48,351 nucleotides of DNA. It comes from an uncultured Muribaculaceae bacterium. Its GTDB lineage: Bacteria > Cyanobacteriota > Vampirovibrionia > Gastranaerophilales > Gastranaerophilaceae. The position numbers and the translations under genes are program-made. Below are positions 8,967 to 18,817 of the stretch, piece after piece (position 1 is the first letter of the stretch; every line of letters starts with the position of its first letter). Location: NCBI GenBank assembly GCA_964553175.1, contig CAZKJV010000001.1, positions 1-48,351 on the forward strand, read 5' to 3'. Below the pieces are notes generated by a model. The model saw only the letters and a list, made by a program, of their open reading frames with translations. It did no database searches and had not been told where the DNA came from.

Positions 8967-10094
8967 TTATAAAATCATATCTTCAAAATTCATTGTGTCA
9001 TTGTAGCTGAACATGTGAGTGAATTTGTATAGAGGTTCGGGCATGAAATATCTTGAACCAAGTTCTAGCATTGCCCTAACAGCTTCTTTACTATTTTTTA
9101 TTAAGTGATTTGTTCTGTTGAAAGTTAAATTGTCAAAGTGGTTACAAATATGGATAATTTGGCTTTCTTTACCGATAAAATCACCTGATTTGTTCATTGG
9201 ATAACCTGAACCATCGTTGTTTTCGTGGTGTTCCAACGCAACAAGTGCGATGTTTTCTGGCATGTGGAAATCATCTTTTAACATTTTATAACCGAGAACA
9301 GTGTGTGTTTGAATTATTTTTTGTTCTTGTTTTGAAAGGTTTTGTTTTTGTATTAAATTTGGATCAAGTTTTGTTTTACCAATGTCATGTAATAAACCTG
9401 CAAGAACGATATCTGAAACTGTTGCTTCATTCATTTCCATTTTTTGAGCGATAAATCCTGCAAGAATTGCAACATTCAATGTATGGCATTTTTGATATTC
9501 TCCGATAAGTTTTATTTGAGATGAGAATATAATTTTGTCATTACTGTAAATAATATCTTGTAAGATTTTGTCACGAATGTTCAAAAATAAATTTGCTGTT
9601 TCTGCATAAGGTCTTTTGTAAAGTCCTGTAATTGTTTCGTGATAAAACGCTTTTATTTTAATTTGGTTTTGAGGGTCGATTTTTGCTTTTTTGTTAATCG
9701 GACCTTTGTAATTCATGATGTTGATTTCGTCAACAATCGTGTTACTTTTTAAAACTTGGTTAGGATTCATGTTGAAATCTTCAACAACACGGTCTTTTTC
9801 TTGTGCTGCTTTTGAATATTCTTCAAAAATCTTGTCTAAGTCATTTTTTGTGTATTCAACTTCGTCGGTTTCTTTTTTCAGCGGAACATAATCTTTAACA
9901 ACAGTATCTTCATCAGGTAGAATGTCTAATTGTTCTTCGTCATCTCTGAAAATCGTTGTTAAATGTTTTAATTGCAGTAACTTACCAGGGGTTAAAACTT
10001 CTCCTGCAGAGAATAACTTTTCCCCAAATTCTGTGTATATGTTGTATGGAAGAATTTTATAATTGATTAATTCTTCTGTCGTTACTGTTCTCAT
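8967..10094 (-). CDS. HD-GYP domain protein (putative c-di-GMP phosphodiesterase) with an uncharacterised N-terminal domain
   Basis: HDIGK and HHENNDGSGYP motifs. The ORF-track start is a GTG at 10109 with no SD. The ATG at 10094 lies 6 nt after a perfect minus-strand TATAAT (10106-10101), so the start is uncertain. Confidence 0.85.
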   Translation of the reverse strand: MRTVTTEELINYKILPYNIYTEFGEKLFSAGEVLTPGKLLQLKHLTTIFRDDEEQLDILPDEDTVVKDYVPLKKETDEVEYTKNDLDKIFEEYSKAAQEKDRVVEDFNMNPNQVLKSNTIVDEINIMNYKGPINKKAKIDPQNQIKIKAFYHETITGLYKRPYAETANLFLNIRDKILQDIIYSNDKIIFSSQIKLIGEYQKCHTLNVAILAGFIAQKMEMNEATVSDIVLAGLLHDIGKTKLDPNLIQKQNLSKQEQKIIQTHTVLGYKMLKDDFHMPENIALVALEHHENNDGSGYPMNKSGDFIGKESQIIHICNHFDNLTFNRTNHLIKNSKEAVRAMLELGSRYFMPEPLYKFTHMFSYNDTMNFEDMIL

Positions 10095-10140
10095 ATTTTT
10101 ATTATACACCTAATTCTAAAAATAATAAAGATGTTTACAA

Positions 10141-10271
10141 ACAAAAAAAAAGCTATGAAAATTCATAGCTATTGATTAGGGATATGTGTATCGTCGTCTC
10201 TAAGGAGTATAGTGTTATATTAGCAGTCGTTTTGTTAAATTAAATCGTAGATATGTATGATTTTATTTTTT
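10141..10271 (-). ncRNA. Candidate ~130-nt small RNA or cis-regulatory leader upstream of the HD-GYP gene
   Basis: Minus-strand TTTACA (10306-10301)-N17-TATAAA (10283-10278), then about 100 nt. It ends in the hairpin AGCTATGAA-TTT-TCATAGCT followed by T9 (10172-10141). No ORF. Contains CUCCUUA and UCCC pyrimidine motifs. Confidence 0.4.
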
Positions 10272-10351
10272 ATTAAGTTTATATAAAGGCATGTAAACTC
10301 TGTAAAAGTTATGGTAAACTTAAGATGTTGGATTAAAAAAGGAGATTAATC

Positions 10352-11719
10352 ATGAAAGTTCAGTTTAAGCATGTTCCTTTGGACGGCAAAGATATTACAG
10401 ATGCTGAAATTAAAAAGATAATTAAAGAAAAAAATGTAAAATTTATAGAGTTACAATTTGTAGACATCAATGGTCAAGTTAAAAGTTTGACTATACCTTC
10501 AAGCCATATTGATAAAGCGTTGGAAAATGAAATGATGCTTGACGGTTCGTCTATCAAAGGGTTTAGAAGTATTGAAACTTCTGACATGTTCTTTTATCCT
10601 GACCGAAACACTTTCAGAGTGTTACCTTGGAGAGAATTTGACGGAACAAATACTGCACGTTTAATTTGTGATATTCACAACGCTGATGGAACTCCGTTTG
10701 AGGGTTGCCCAAGATGTAACTTAAAAAGAATGATGGCTGACGCTCAAAAATTAGGCTATTCAATGAACATGGGGCCTGAAGTTGAGTTCTTTTTATTCAA
10801 AAGAGATGAAGAAAATCACCCTACAACTGAAATTGTTGATAGAGCAGGTTATTATGACATTGGACCTGATGATTTGGGTGAAGATATTCGTGCAGAAATC
10901 GTTTTAACACTTCAAGAAATGGGCTTTGATATTGAAGCTTCTCACCACGAAGTTGCAGACAGCCAACATGAAATTGACTTTAAATATGCAGATATTTTGA
11001 CTGCTGCTGATAACGTTGCAACATTTAAGATTGCCGTAAAAGCTATTGCAGCTCAATACGGTTTGCACGCAACATTTATGGCAAAACCTATTTACGGTAT
11101 TAACGGTTCAGGCATGCACTGTAACGTTTCATTATTCAAAGATGATAAAAATGCTTTCTATGATGAAAATACTGAAACAAAACTGTCAGATGTTGCAATG
11201 TATTCAATCGGCGGCATGCTAAAACATGTTAAAGGTATCACTGCTGTTACAAATCCGACAGTAAACAGCTTTAAACGTTTAGTTCCGGGGTATGAAGCAC
11301 CTGTATATTTGGCTTGGTCTTTGGCAAATAGAAGTGCTTTATTAAGAGTTCCTGCAAAACGTGGTAATGCAACAAGGGTTGAACTTCGTTCTCCTGACCC
11401 ATCTTGTAACCCATATTTAGCATTTGCCGTTATTTTAGGTGCTTGTCTTGATGGTATTAAAAATAAAATTAATCCGCCTAAACAAGTTGAGGCAAATATT
11501 TATGCTCTATCTTCAAAAGATAGAAAAAAATATCATATTGATTCGCTTCCGGGTAGTTTGGCAGAAGCTTTGTATCTACTTGAAAAATCTTCAGTTGCAA
11601 AAGAAGCTTTGGGCGAACACGTATTTAAAGAATTTACCGAAGCGAAACACAAAGAATGGGATTCATTCAGAACTTATGTTTCAAAATGGGAACTAGATAG
11701 ATATTTAGACAGATATTAA
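10352..11719 (+). CDS. glnA: Glutamine synthetase, type I
   Basis: 455 aa. FVDINGQ, GPEVEFF, MAKPIYGINGSGMHCNVSL and RVELRSPD motifs. AAGGAG SD. Confidence 0.95.
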   Translation: MKVQFKHVPLDGKDITDAEIKKIIKEKNVKFIELQFVDINGQVKSLTIPSSHIDKALENEMMLDGSSIKGFRSIETSDMFFYPDRNTFRVLPWREFDGTNTARLICDIHNADGTPFEGCPRCNLKRMMADAQKLGYSMNMGPEVEFFLFKRDEENHPTTEIVDRAGYYDIGPDDLGEDIRAEIVLTLQEMGFDIEASHHEVADSQHEIDFKYADILTAADNVATFKIAVKAIAAQYGLHATFMAKPIYGINGSGMHCNVSLFKDDKNAFYDENTETKLSDVAMYSIGGMLKHVKGITAVTNPTVNSFKRLVPGYEAPVYLAWSLANRSALLRVPAKRGNATRVELRSPDPSCNPYLAFAVILGACLDGIKNKINPPKQVEANIYALSSKDRKKYHIDSLPGSLAEALYLLEKSSVAKEALGEHVFKEFTEAKHKEWDSFRTYVSKWELDRYLDRY

Positions 11720-11729
11720 TAAAAAGAAC

Positions 11730-11757
11730 AAGGCGGATAAATATCCGCCTTACTTTT
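11730..11757 (+). terminator. Intrinsic terminator after glnA
   Basis: AAGGCGGAT-AAAT-ATCCGCCTT hairpin followed by ACTTTTG. Confidence 0.7.
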
Positions 11758-11768
11758 GAGAGGTTTTT

Positions 11769-12557
11769 ATGATTGCAGATTATCATTTGCATACAAATTC
11801 CAGTGATGATTCAAAAATAACAATGACAGCTTATGTAAAAAGAGCGGTCGAACTTGGTTTTGATGAAATTTGTTTTACCGACCATGTTGAATACGCAATA
11901 AAAAGTAGAATTATTAGAAATGAGGTTGATTATTATCAAAAATATTTAGACTGTATTGAAAAACTTGATGAAAAAATTGCGGTAAAATTTGGTGCAGAGT
12001 TTGGAATTCAAACAGATAATATTAATTTTTACAATGATTTTTTTGAAAAATATCCGTTTGATTTTGTTCTTTTGTCTTGCCATACCGTAGGCGGTTCAGA
12101 ACTTTACGACGGAACTTATCAAAAAAATAAGACTCAAAAAGAATATAACGAAGGTTATTATAAACAATTGTTAGAAGTTGTAAAAAACTATAAAAAATAT
12201 TCTGTTTTAGCTCACTTGGATTTGATTAAAAGGTATGACAAGTCTTTATATCCGTTTGAAAAAACTTATTCGTTTGTTTATGAAATTTTAAAACAGGTAA
12301 TTGCAGATGGTAAAGGGATTGAGGTTAATACTTCCAGTTTTAGGTATAAAATCGGAGATTTGACCCCGTCAGTTGATATTTTAAAATTGTATAAAGATTT
12401 AGGCGGTGAAATTATTACAATAGGTTCGGATTCTCATGATGTTTCTCAATTTGGGTGTAAAATTGCAGAAATTCATAGAAAATTGCGAGAATTAGGGTTT
12501 GAACATTTTTATACTTTTGACAAAATGAAACCGATATGCCATGATTTAATTTGTTAG
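11769..12557 (+). CDS. PHP-family histidinol-phosphatase (HisJ/HisK type)
   Basis: 262 aa. N-terminal DYHLHT, then TDHVEY, HLD and GSDSHD metal-ligand motifs of PHP phosphoesterases. Confidence 0.8.
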   Translation: MIADYHLHTNSSDDSKITMTAYVKRAVELGFDEICFTDHVEYAIKSRIIRNEVDYYQKYLDCIEKLDEKIAVKFGAEFGIQTDNINFYNDFFEKYPFDFVLLSCHTVGGSELYDGTYQKNKTQKEYNEGYYKQLLEVVKNYKKYSVLAHLDLIKRYDKSLYPFEKTYSFVYEILKQVIADGKGIEVNTSSFRYKIGDLTPSVDILKLYKDLGGEIITIGSDSHDVSQFGCKIAEIHRKLRELGFEHFYTFDKMKPICHDLIC

Positions 12558-12568
12558 TTTATAAAAAC

Positions 12569-12596
12569 TTGACAAATTTGCGTTTTGGTTTAATAT
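12569..12596 (+). promoter_or_regulatory. Sigma70-type promoter for nadB-nadC (TTGACA-N16-TAATAT)
   Basis: Consensus -35 at 12569-12574 and -10 at 12591-12596. The -10 overlaps the ORF-track ATG at 12595, which argues for a downstream nadB start. Confidence 0.45.
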
Positions 12597-12630
12597 GACG
12601 GTAGAAAACGGTACATTAGGGATTGGAAAA

Positions 12631-14238
12631 ATGGAATTTTTAAATTATTCTGCAATTGTAATAGGCAGTGGAATTTCGGGCTTATATTCAGCTTTGAAAT
12701 TAGAACAGTTTTTGCCGGAAAATTCAAAAATTTTACTTGTAACAAAATCTGATTTAGGCGAAAGTAATTCGAGATACGCTCAAGGCGGTATTGTTGCGGT
12801 TTTAAATTCAAATACTGATGATTCTGTAGCTTCGCACGTTTCCGATACTCTCAATGCAGGTGCAGGGTTGAATGATTTTAACGCCGTAAAATATATGTCT
12901 GAAAATTCAGATGAGGTTACAAACGATTTAATCTCTATGGGTGTTGAATTTGACCGTGATGAAAATGGTAATTTGCTTTTCACTTTAGAGGGGGCTCATA
13001 GTGTTAGAAGAATTCTACACTGTAACGGTGATTCAACAGGTAGAGGAATTGAAAAACAGTTATCAAAACTTGTGTCAGAAAATGAAAATATAAAAGTTTT
13101 AGAAAATACTATTGCCGTTGAATTAATAATTGATGAAGATGTTTGCAAAGGGGCTGTTTTATTTGATGGCTTTAAGTATGTATTTGCACTTTCAGATTAT
13201 GTTATTTTAGCAACAGGCGGTTTAGGTCAAATTTATAAAAATACTACAAATCCTCAATGTGCGACAGGTGATAGCTTTGCTCTTGCTTATAATGCGGGGG
13301 CTATTTTACAGGATATGGAATTTGTTCAATTTCACCCGACAGCTTTAGCGGTTGAGTCTTCGGACGCAAATTTTTTAGTAAGTGAGGCGGTTCGTGGCGA
13401 AGGGGCTAAATTAGTTGATGAAAAACGTAATCCGTATATGAAAAAATATCACGATTTAGAAGATTTAGCTCCTCGTGATATTGTTGCTCGTGCTAATTTT
13501 GAGGAAATGCAAAAAACTCACAAAGATAACGTTTATTTGAATGCAACTTTTATCGGACAAGAAAAAATTCAAAAACGTTTTCCGACAATTTCTGAAGTTT
13601 GTTTGCGAAACGGAATTGATATGGCAAAAGATTTAATTCCAGTACACCCTGCGGCACATTATTTTATGGGCGGAGTTAAGGCAAATGTTGACGGAAGAAC
13701 TTCTATAAAAGGTTTGTTTGCTGTAGGTGAAGCATCTTCAACGGGTTTGCAAGGTGCAAATAGACTTGCTAGTAATTCTTTGCTTGAGTGTGTTGTTATG
13801 GCATATTCTCTTGCAAAATACGTAAAAAATAATTTCGACAATTCTTTTGTTGATAAAACAGAGAATATGGAGAAATTAGCAAAAAAATATAAACAAGAAT
13901 TAGGTTTTGCGGAATATGATACAAAATCTTTAAAAGAAGAACTTCAAAATATCATGTGGGACGGTGCAGGAATTATTAGAAGTGAAGAAAGTTTGAAAAA
14001 TGCTAATGCTCAACTTCAAAATTTAAAATCTAAGTTTTTACGTAGTGAAAAATGTTTAAATATTGAAGAATATGAGTTTAAAAATATGTTGATTGTTGCA
14101 CAAATAATAATTAACTCGGCATTGCACAGAAAAGAATCCAGAGGGGCTCATTATAGAGCTGATTTTCCGCTTACAAAAGAAATTGCGGAGCATAATTGTA
14201 TTCAAAAAGGACAAGGAGAAATAAATTTTGTTAGATAG
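12631..14238 (+). CDS. nadB: L-aspartate oxidase
   Basis: FAD fold IVIGSGISGL, SRYAQGGI and RESRGAHYR motifs. Start placed at ATG 12631 (8 aa before GxGxxG, purine-rich SD). The ORF track extends to 12595. Confidence 0.9.
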   Translation: MEFLNYSAIVIGSGISGLYSALKLEQFLPENSKILLVTKSDLGESNSRYAQGGIVAVLNSNTDDSVASHVSDTLNAGAGLNDFNAVKYMSENSDEVTNDLISMGVEFDRDENGNLLFTLEGAHSVRRILHCNGDSTGRGIEKQLSKLVSENENIKVLENTIAVELIIDEDVCKGAVLFDGFKYVFALSDYVILATGGLGQIYKNTTNPQCATGDSFALAYNAGAILQDMEFVQFHPTALAVESSDANFLVSEAVRGEGAKLVDEKRNPYMKKYHDLEDLAPRDIVARANFEEMQKTHKDNVYLNATFIGQEKIQKRFPTISEVCLRNGIDMAKDLIPVHPAAHYFMGGVKANVDGRTSIKGLFAVGEASSTGLQGANRLASNSLLECVVMAYSLAKYVKNNFDNSFVDKTENMEKLAKKYKQELGFAEYDTKSLKEELQNIMWDGAGIIRSEESLKNANAQLQNLKSKFLRSEKCLNIEEYEFKNMLIVAQIIINSALHRKESRGAHYRADFPLTKEIAEHNCIQKGQGEINFVR

Positions 14239-15061
14239 ATTTTTAATTGATAAACACGTTTTGGCTGCACTAGAAGAAGATATCGGGTTTGGCGATATTG
14301 CAACAGATAATTTAGCAAAAGAGGGTGATGTTTTAACCGCAAAATTAAACACTCGTACAGACGGTGTTTTATGCGGTACAAAAGTTTTTGAACGTGTTTT
14401 TAAGTTGTTATCAGAAAAAGCTGAGATAAAATTTTATTTCAAAGATGGTGATAAAATCAAAGCAGGTGATACCATTGCAGTTATAAATGGTCCTGCTGAT
14501 ACTGTTTTAAAAGGTGAAAGAACAGCTTTGAATTATATTCAAAGAATGAGCGGAATTGCAACAGAAACTAGAAAATATCAAGATGCAATCGGGGAATGCA
14601 AAGCAAGAATTTCTGACACAAGAAAGACTACTCCAAATTTCAGAATTTTTGAAAAATATTCTGTTTTTGTAGGTGGTGCTTGTTTGCACAGATTTAATCT
14701 TTCTGACTGTGCAATGATAAAAGATAATCACATCAAGCTTGCAGGTTCTTTAACAAAAGCTGTTGAAATGATTAGAAAAAATATTTCTCACACTCATAAA
14801 ATTGAAGTTGAATGTGATACGTTAGAACAAGTAAAAGAAGCCGTAAATTGTAACGCTGATATCATAATGTTAGATAATATGTCTTATGATATGATGAAAG
14901 AGGCTGTTTCTATTATTGGTGATAAAGCAATTATTGAAGCAAGCGGAAATGTTAATCTTTCAACAGTTGGTGAAATAGCAAAAACTGGCGTAGATATTAT
15001 ATCTTCAAGTGCTATTGTTGCTAAAGCACCTACCCTTGATTTAGCTTTAGATATTGAATAA
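14228..15061 (+). CDS. nadC: Nicotinate-nucleotide (quinolinate) pyrophosphorylase, carboxylating
   Basis: 277 aa. ERTALNYIQRMSGIAT, TRKTTPNFR, KDNHI and MLDNM motifs. TTG start after AAGGAG, overlapping the nadB stop by 11 nt. Confidence 0.9.
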   Translation: MLDRFLIDKHVLAALEEDIGFGDIATDNLAKEGDVLTAKLNTRTDGVLCGTKVFERVFKLLSEKAEIKFYFKDGDKIKAGDTIAVINGPADTVLKGERTALNYIQRMSGIATETRKYQDAIGECKARISDTRKTTPNFRIFEKYSVFVGGACLHRFNLSDCAMIKDNHIKLAGSLTKAVEMIRKNISHTHKIEVECDTLEQVKEAVNCNADIIMLDNMSYDMMKEAVSIIGDKAIIEASGNVNLSTVGEIAKTGVDIISSSAIVAKAPTLDLALDIE

Positions 15062-15089
15062 TAAATTTTTGTAAAAAGGTTTTAATAAT

Positions 15090-15125
15090 CACGTCAAATT
15101 ATGGTTTTTGACGTGTTATTGTGTT
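15090..15125 (+). terminator. Intrinsic terminator after nadC
   Basis: CACGTCAAA-N8-TTTGACGTG hairpin followed by a T-rich tail. Confidence 0.6.
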
Positions 15126-15181
15126 AAAATTTTTGTAGCGAAGTATAAATAACATTTAAAAATAACGGCGGATAAGGGATT

Positions 15182-16663
15182 GTGTTAAATCCGATTGTTA
15201 AAATAATAAAATTTAATATCTTTTTGCTTGCAATTTTAGGAATATTTTTACAAGCGTTTTCGCCTGTTTATGCGATTGAAGATACAAATATAAATCAACA
15301 AAAATTAAAACAAAAAAAAATAAAAAGAGTTGATTTAAAAAAGCAAAAACCGTCTTATAATCCCGAATACGATAAGTATGTAGAAAAATTAGAAAAAAAA
15401 TACACTTCGCAAATTAACTTTGACACCGTTTTAGAAAAAGCAAAGGCTCATTCTTATGATTTAAAAATTGCCGATTTTGACATTTTGATTTCAAAAACAA
15501 GTATCGTTAATGCACGTTCTGAATATTTTCCAAAATTAAATATCGGAGTAGGGACTGAGTATACAAAAAGTCTTAGAAATGACGGTATTTCAACGGTTTC
15601 TATCGGGGACAGCTTTATTAACCCTTATACTCGATTTCAATCAATCCTTGGTTTGACTTTGAATTATAATCTTTTTGATTTTGGGGTAAGACGTGGTAAT
15701 TTGAACATCGCAAAAGAAGATGTTGAGTTGAAAAAATTAAAAGAGCAAGAAAAATTTCAAGAACTTACTTTGACCTTGATTGATACGTACGGCAAAATTT
15801 CAATGGCTAAAAAGCAAATGGAAATTTATCAGGAAATCTTGAAAATTCAGGAACAAACTTACGATATGACAAGACGTTTGTTTAACGCAAAAGAGGTTTC
15901 CAGTACTGAATTAAACGACCGTGCCGTAAATGTTGCAGATACTCAAAAGAAAATTGAGGATTTGAAAAAAATTACCGCTGAATCTTTAAATTGGTTATCT
16001 TTTTACACAGGTGAAGATTACGATTTGAATAATTTGTCAGTAAATTCAATGAAAAGACCTCAAATCAATCCTGATGAGTCAGTTGATTATACAAAAACAA
16101 TTACTTGGAAAATTTATGAAAAAGAAATTAAGAAAAAAGAATTGGCTTTAAAGGTTGCAAAACGTAATTATTTACCGAAAGTGAACGCTTACGGTCGTTA
16201 TTATATTTATGGTGCGGATACCAACAGTTATAGTGATAGTTTTGGGGATATAAAACCGTCAACGTTTACTGTCGGTGGTTCAATTAATATGGCACTGTTT
16301 GACGGTATGAAAAATTATTCTAATGTTCAAAAAGCTTCTTTAGAATTGATGCAAATGCAGGTGGAACGTGATAAATCAATCGCTCAATGGCTTGCAAGAC
16401 TTGCAACTCTTCGCAGTAATATGATTTACATAAACAATGAAATTGAATGTAATGAAAAAATACTGAAAGAACTTTCGGAAAAAGATAAATCGTTAAATCG
16501 TTTGGCAACTCGTCGAATTATATCACCGATTGAACAAAACGATGCGAAAGTTCAATTATTAGAGCAAAAAATTGATTATGAAAATAACAAATTAAATGCT
16601 ATTGCTATTTTGTACGGCATACAAACTTTGACAATGAATGAAGGAAATTCAAATGGAAAATAA
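15182..16663 (+). CDS. TolC-family outer-membrane efflux protein of the T1SS locus
   Basis: 493 aa. Signal peptide (…LQAFSPVYA/IED). Two-fold repeated coiled-coil plus beta architecture with OEP-like segments (YFPKLN…, NYLPKVNAYGRY). GTG start after AAGGGA. Confidence 0.8.
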   Translation: MLNPIVKIIKFNIFLLAILGIFLQAFSPVYAIEDTNINQQKLKQKKIKRVDLKKQKPSYNPEYDKYVEKLEKKYTSQINFDTVLEKAKAHSYDLKIADFDILISKTSIVNARSEYFPKLNIGVGTEYTKSLRNDGISTVSIGDSFINPYTRFQSILGLTLNYNLFDFGVRRGNLNIAKEDVELKKLKEQEKFQELTLTLIDTYGKISMAKKQMEIYQEILKIQEQTYDMTRRLFNAKEVSSTELNDRAVNVADTQKKIEDLKKITAESLNWLSFYTGEDYDLNNLSVNSMKRPQINPDESVDYTKTITWKIYEKEIKKKELALKVAKRNYLPKVNAYGRYYIYGADTNSYSDSFGDIKPSTFTVGGSINMALFDGMKNYSNVQKASLELMQMQVERDKSIAQWLARLATLRSNMIYINNEIECNEKILKELSEKDKSLNRLATRRIISPIEQNDAKVQLLEQKIDYENNKLNAIAILYGIQTLTMNEGNSNGK

Positions 16664-18809
16664 TAATTCTACTCAAACTCAAGATATTGAAAATTTAAAA
16701 CGCAGAACAAATACAGGGCTGGCATGTCTTGATATTGTCGCAAGAATGAACAGAATTGACATTGATATGCGTGCAATTGTTCGTGAATACGGTATAGAAA
16801 CTATCGATTTGCCGTCTGAAGAATTGATGAGAGTTGCCAAAAATGCAGGGTTTAAGGTAAAGAGAAAAAATTTAAAAATTGAAGATATTTCACCAAAATA
16901 TCCGCTTCCTGCAATTGCTCAACTTAAAGACAATACTTACGTTGTTATTTTGGGTGTAAAAAAAGAAGAGAAAAAAGTTCTTGTTTTAAGCCCTATCAAT
17001 TCTCAACCTGAACCGTTGGAAATTGCTGAATTTGAAAATCAAATTGATGGCGGAATTTTTATTCTAAAACACAAATTGATGACAAGTGATATGAAATTCG
17101 GTTTCAAATGGTTCTTTAGAGAGATTATGAATTACAAGAAAATCATCGCTCAAGTTTTGCTTGGTTCGTTTGTAATTCAATTGTTCGGGCTTGTAACTCC
17201 ATTGTTTACTCAAGTTATTCTTGATAAAGTTCTTGTACATAGAACGATTTCAACTTTGAATGTATTAGGTTTTGCATTCCTTGTTGTTGCAGGGTTTGAG
17301 TTTTTATTAAATCTTTCAAGAAATTATATTTTTATTCACACAACAAACAAAATTGACGCAAAATTAGGCTCAAAACTTTTTAAACACTTGTTTAGATTGT
17401 ATTTTGTTTATTTTGAAAATCGTCAAGTAGGTAATATTATTGCAAGAGTAAGAGAATTAGACAGAATTCGTGAATTTATCACAAATAAAGCGGTTACGGT
17501 TTTGATTGATGCGTTTTTCTCGTTGGTTTTCGTTGCAATTATGCTTGTATACAGCGTAAAATTAACTCTTATTGCTATAACTTTTGTTTCAATAATCGGT
17601 GTTATTTATTTGCTTGTAACTCCTGAATTGCGTGCAAGATTGGAAGAAAAATTCCAAATGGGAGCTATTCAAAACTCATATTTGGTTGAATCTGTTACAG
17701 GTATTCAAACTGTAAAATCTCTTTCAATTGAGGGTTCAATGTTCAGAAAATGGGAAGAAAAGCTTGGACAATATTTGAAATCAAGTTTTAATCTTGCTGT
17801 TATCGGTAATTTTACCGGTTCTTTGTGTACTTTACTTCAAAAATTAATGACAATTTCAATTCTTTATTTAGGGGTTATGCTTGTTATTAATAATCAGCTT
17901 ACAATTGGTCAATTGATTGCGTTTCAAATGTTTGCAGGTCAATTCAGTGGGCCGATTTTGAGATTGGTAAATTTATGGAATGATTTGCAACAAGCGTTGT
18001 TATCGGTTGATAGAATTGGGGATATTTTAAACAGTCCGCAAGAAATTCAATCAAATGATGCGATTACTCTAAAAGGTGTTCGTGGTGATATAAAAATTGA
18101 AAATTTATCATTCAAATATAACGTTGAAGCTCCGTTAGTTTTAAGCCAAGTAAATCTTGATATAAAAGCAGGTATGAGAGTTGGTTTCGTTGGACGTAGC
18201 GGAAGCGGAAAATCTACTATTACAAAATTAATTCAAAGACTTTATTACACGACAGAGGGTACAATTTTTATTGACGGAATTGATATAAGAAACGTTAACC
18301 CTGTATGGTTGAGAACTCATATCGGTATTGTTTTGCAAGAAAATTATTTATTCTCAGGAACAATTAAAGAAAATATTGCTCTACCTCGTCCTAACTTGCC
18401 AATGGAAGCAATTATTGAGGCGGCAAGAGTTTCAGGGGCTCACGAATTTATTTCAAAACTTCCGAAAGGATATGACACTCAAGTTGGTGAACGTGGTTCA
18501 AGTTTATCAGGTGGTCAAAAGCAAAGAATTGCAATTGCAAGGGCTTTGATTACAAATCCAAAAATTTTGATTTTTGACGAAGCTACATCGGCTCTTGATT
18601 ATGAATCAGAAAGTATTATCAAGAAAAATTTAGGGCTTATTGCACGTGGTAGAACAACGATAATTATTGCCCATAGACTTTCAACAATAAAAGATTGTGA
18701 TTTGATTGTTTGTTTTGATAACGGAAAAATCGTTGAACAAGGTACGCACGATGAACTTATTGCAAAAGGCGGTTATTACAAACATTTATACGATGCTCAA
18801 AATAATTAG
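16653..18809 (+). CDS. Type I secretion ABC transporter (HlyB-like) with a degenerate N-terminal C39-like domain
   Basis: N-terminal NTGLACLDIV aligns to the C39 ECGLACL motif with Thr replacing the catalytic Cys. Six TM helices. GRSGSGKST, LSGGQKQRIAIARAL and ILIFDEATSALD motifs. The ATG at 16653 has AAGGA 7 nt upstream; the ORF-track ATG at 16638 has no SD. Confidence 0.9.
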   Translation: MENNNSTQTQDIENLKRRTNTGLACLDIVARMNRIDIDMRAIVREYGIETIDLPSEELMRVAKNAGFKVKRKNLKIEDISPKYPLPAIAQLKDNTYVVILGVKKEEKKVLVLSPINSQPEPLEIAEFENQIDGGIFILKHKLMTSDMKFGFKWFFREIMNYKKIIAQVLLGSFVIQLFGLVTPLFTQVILDKVLVHRTISTLNVLGFAFLVVAGFEFLLNLSRNYIFIHTTNKIDAKLGSKLFKHLFRLYFVYFENRQVGNIIARVRELDRIREFITNKAVTVLIDAFFSLVFVAIMLVYSVKLTLIAITFVSIIGVIYLLVTPELRARLEEKFQMGAIQNSYLVESVTGIQTVKSLSIEGSMFRKWEEKLGQYLKSSFNLAVIGNFTGSLCTLLQKLMTISILYLGVMLVINNQLTIGQLIAFQMFAGQFSGPILRLVNLWNDLQQALLSVDRIGDILNSPQEIQSNDAITLKGVRGDIKIENLSFKYNVEAPLVLSQVNLDIKAGMRVGFVGRSGSGKSTITKLIQRLYYTTEGTIFIDGIDIRNVNPVWLRTHIGIVLQENYLFSGTIKENIALPRPNLPMEAIIEAARVSGAHEFISKLPKGYDTQVGERGSSLSGGQKQRIAIARALITNPKILIFDEATSALDYESESIIKKNLGLIARGRTTIIIAHRLSTIKDCDLIVCFDNGKIVEQGTHDELIAKGGYYKHLYDAQNN

Positions 18810-18817
18810 GAGAAAAT

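Noticed and set aside
8946-8988. Long-loop inverted repeat (TTTGAAGAT…ATCTTCAAA) between convergent pcrA and the HD-GYP gene, as a shared terminator.
   Set aside because: The loop is about 24 nt, the stem is AT-rich and one arm lies inside the HD-GYP coding sequence. That is too weak to call.
10141-10271. c-di-GMP (GEMM) riboswitch in front of the HD-GYP gene.
   Set aside because: I could not find the conserved GEMM-I features (GNRA tetraloop and receptor, ACGCAAAGC-like core). The idea is kept only as a generic leader or sRNA candidate pending a covariance-model search.
10173-10351. NtcA (GTA-N8-TAC) or TnrA/GlnR (TGTNA-N7-TNACA) operator upstream of glnA.
   Set aside because: Several GTA/TGTAA half-sites are present (e.g. 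10292-10310), but none has a correctly spaced matching second half-site.
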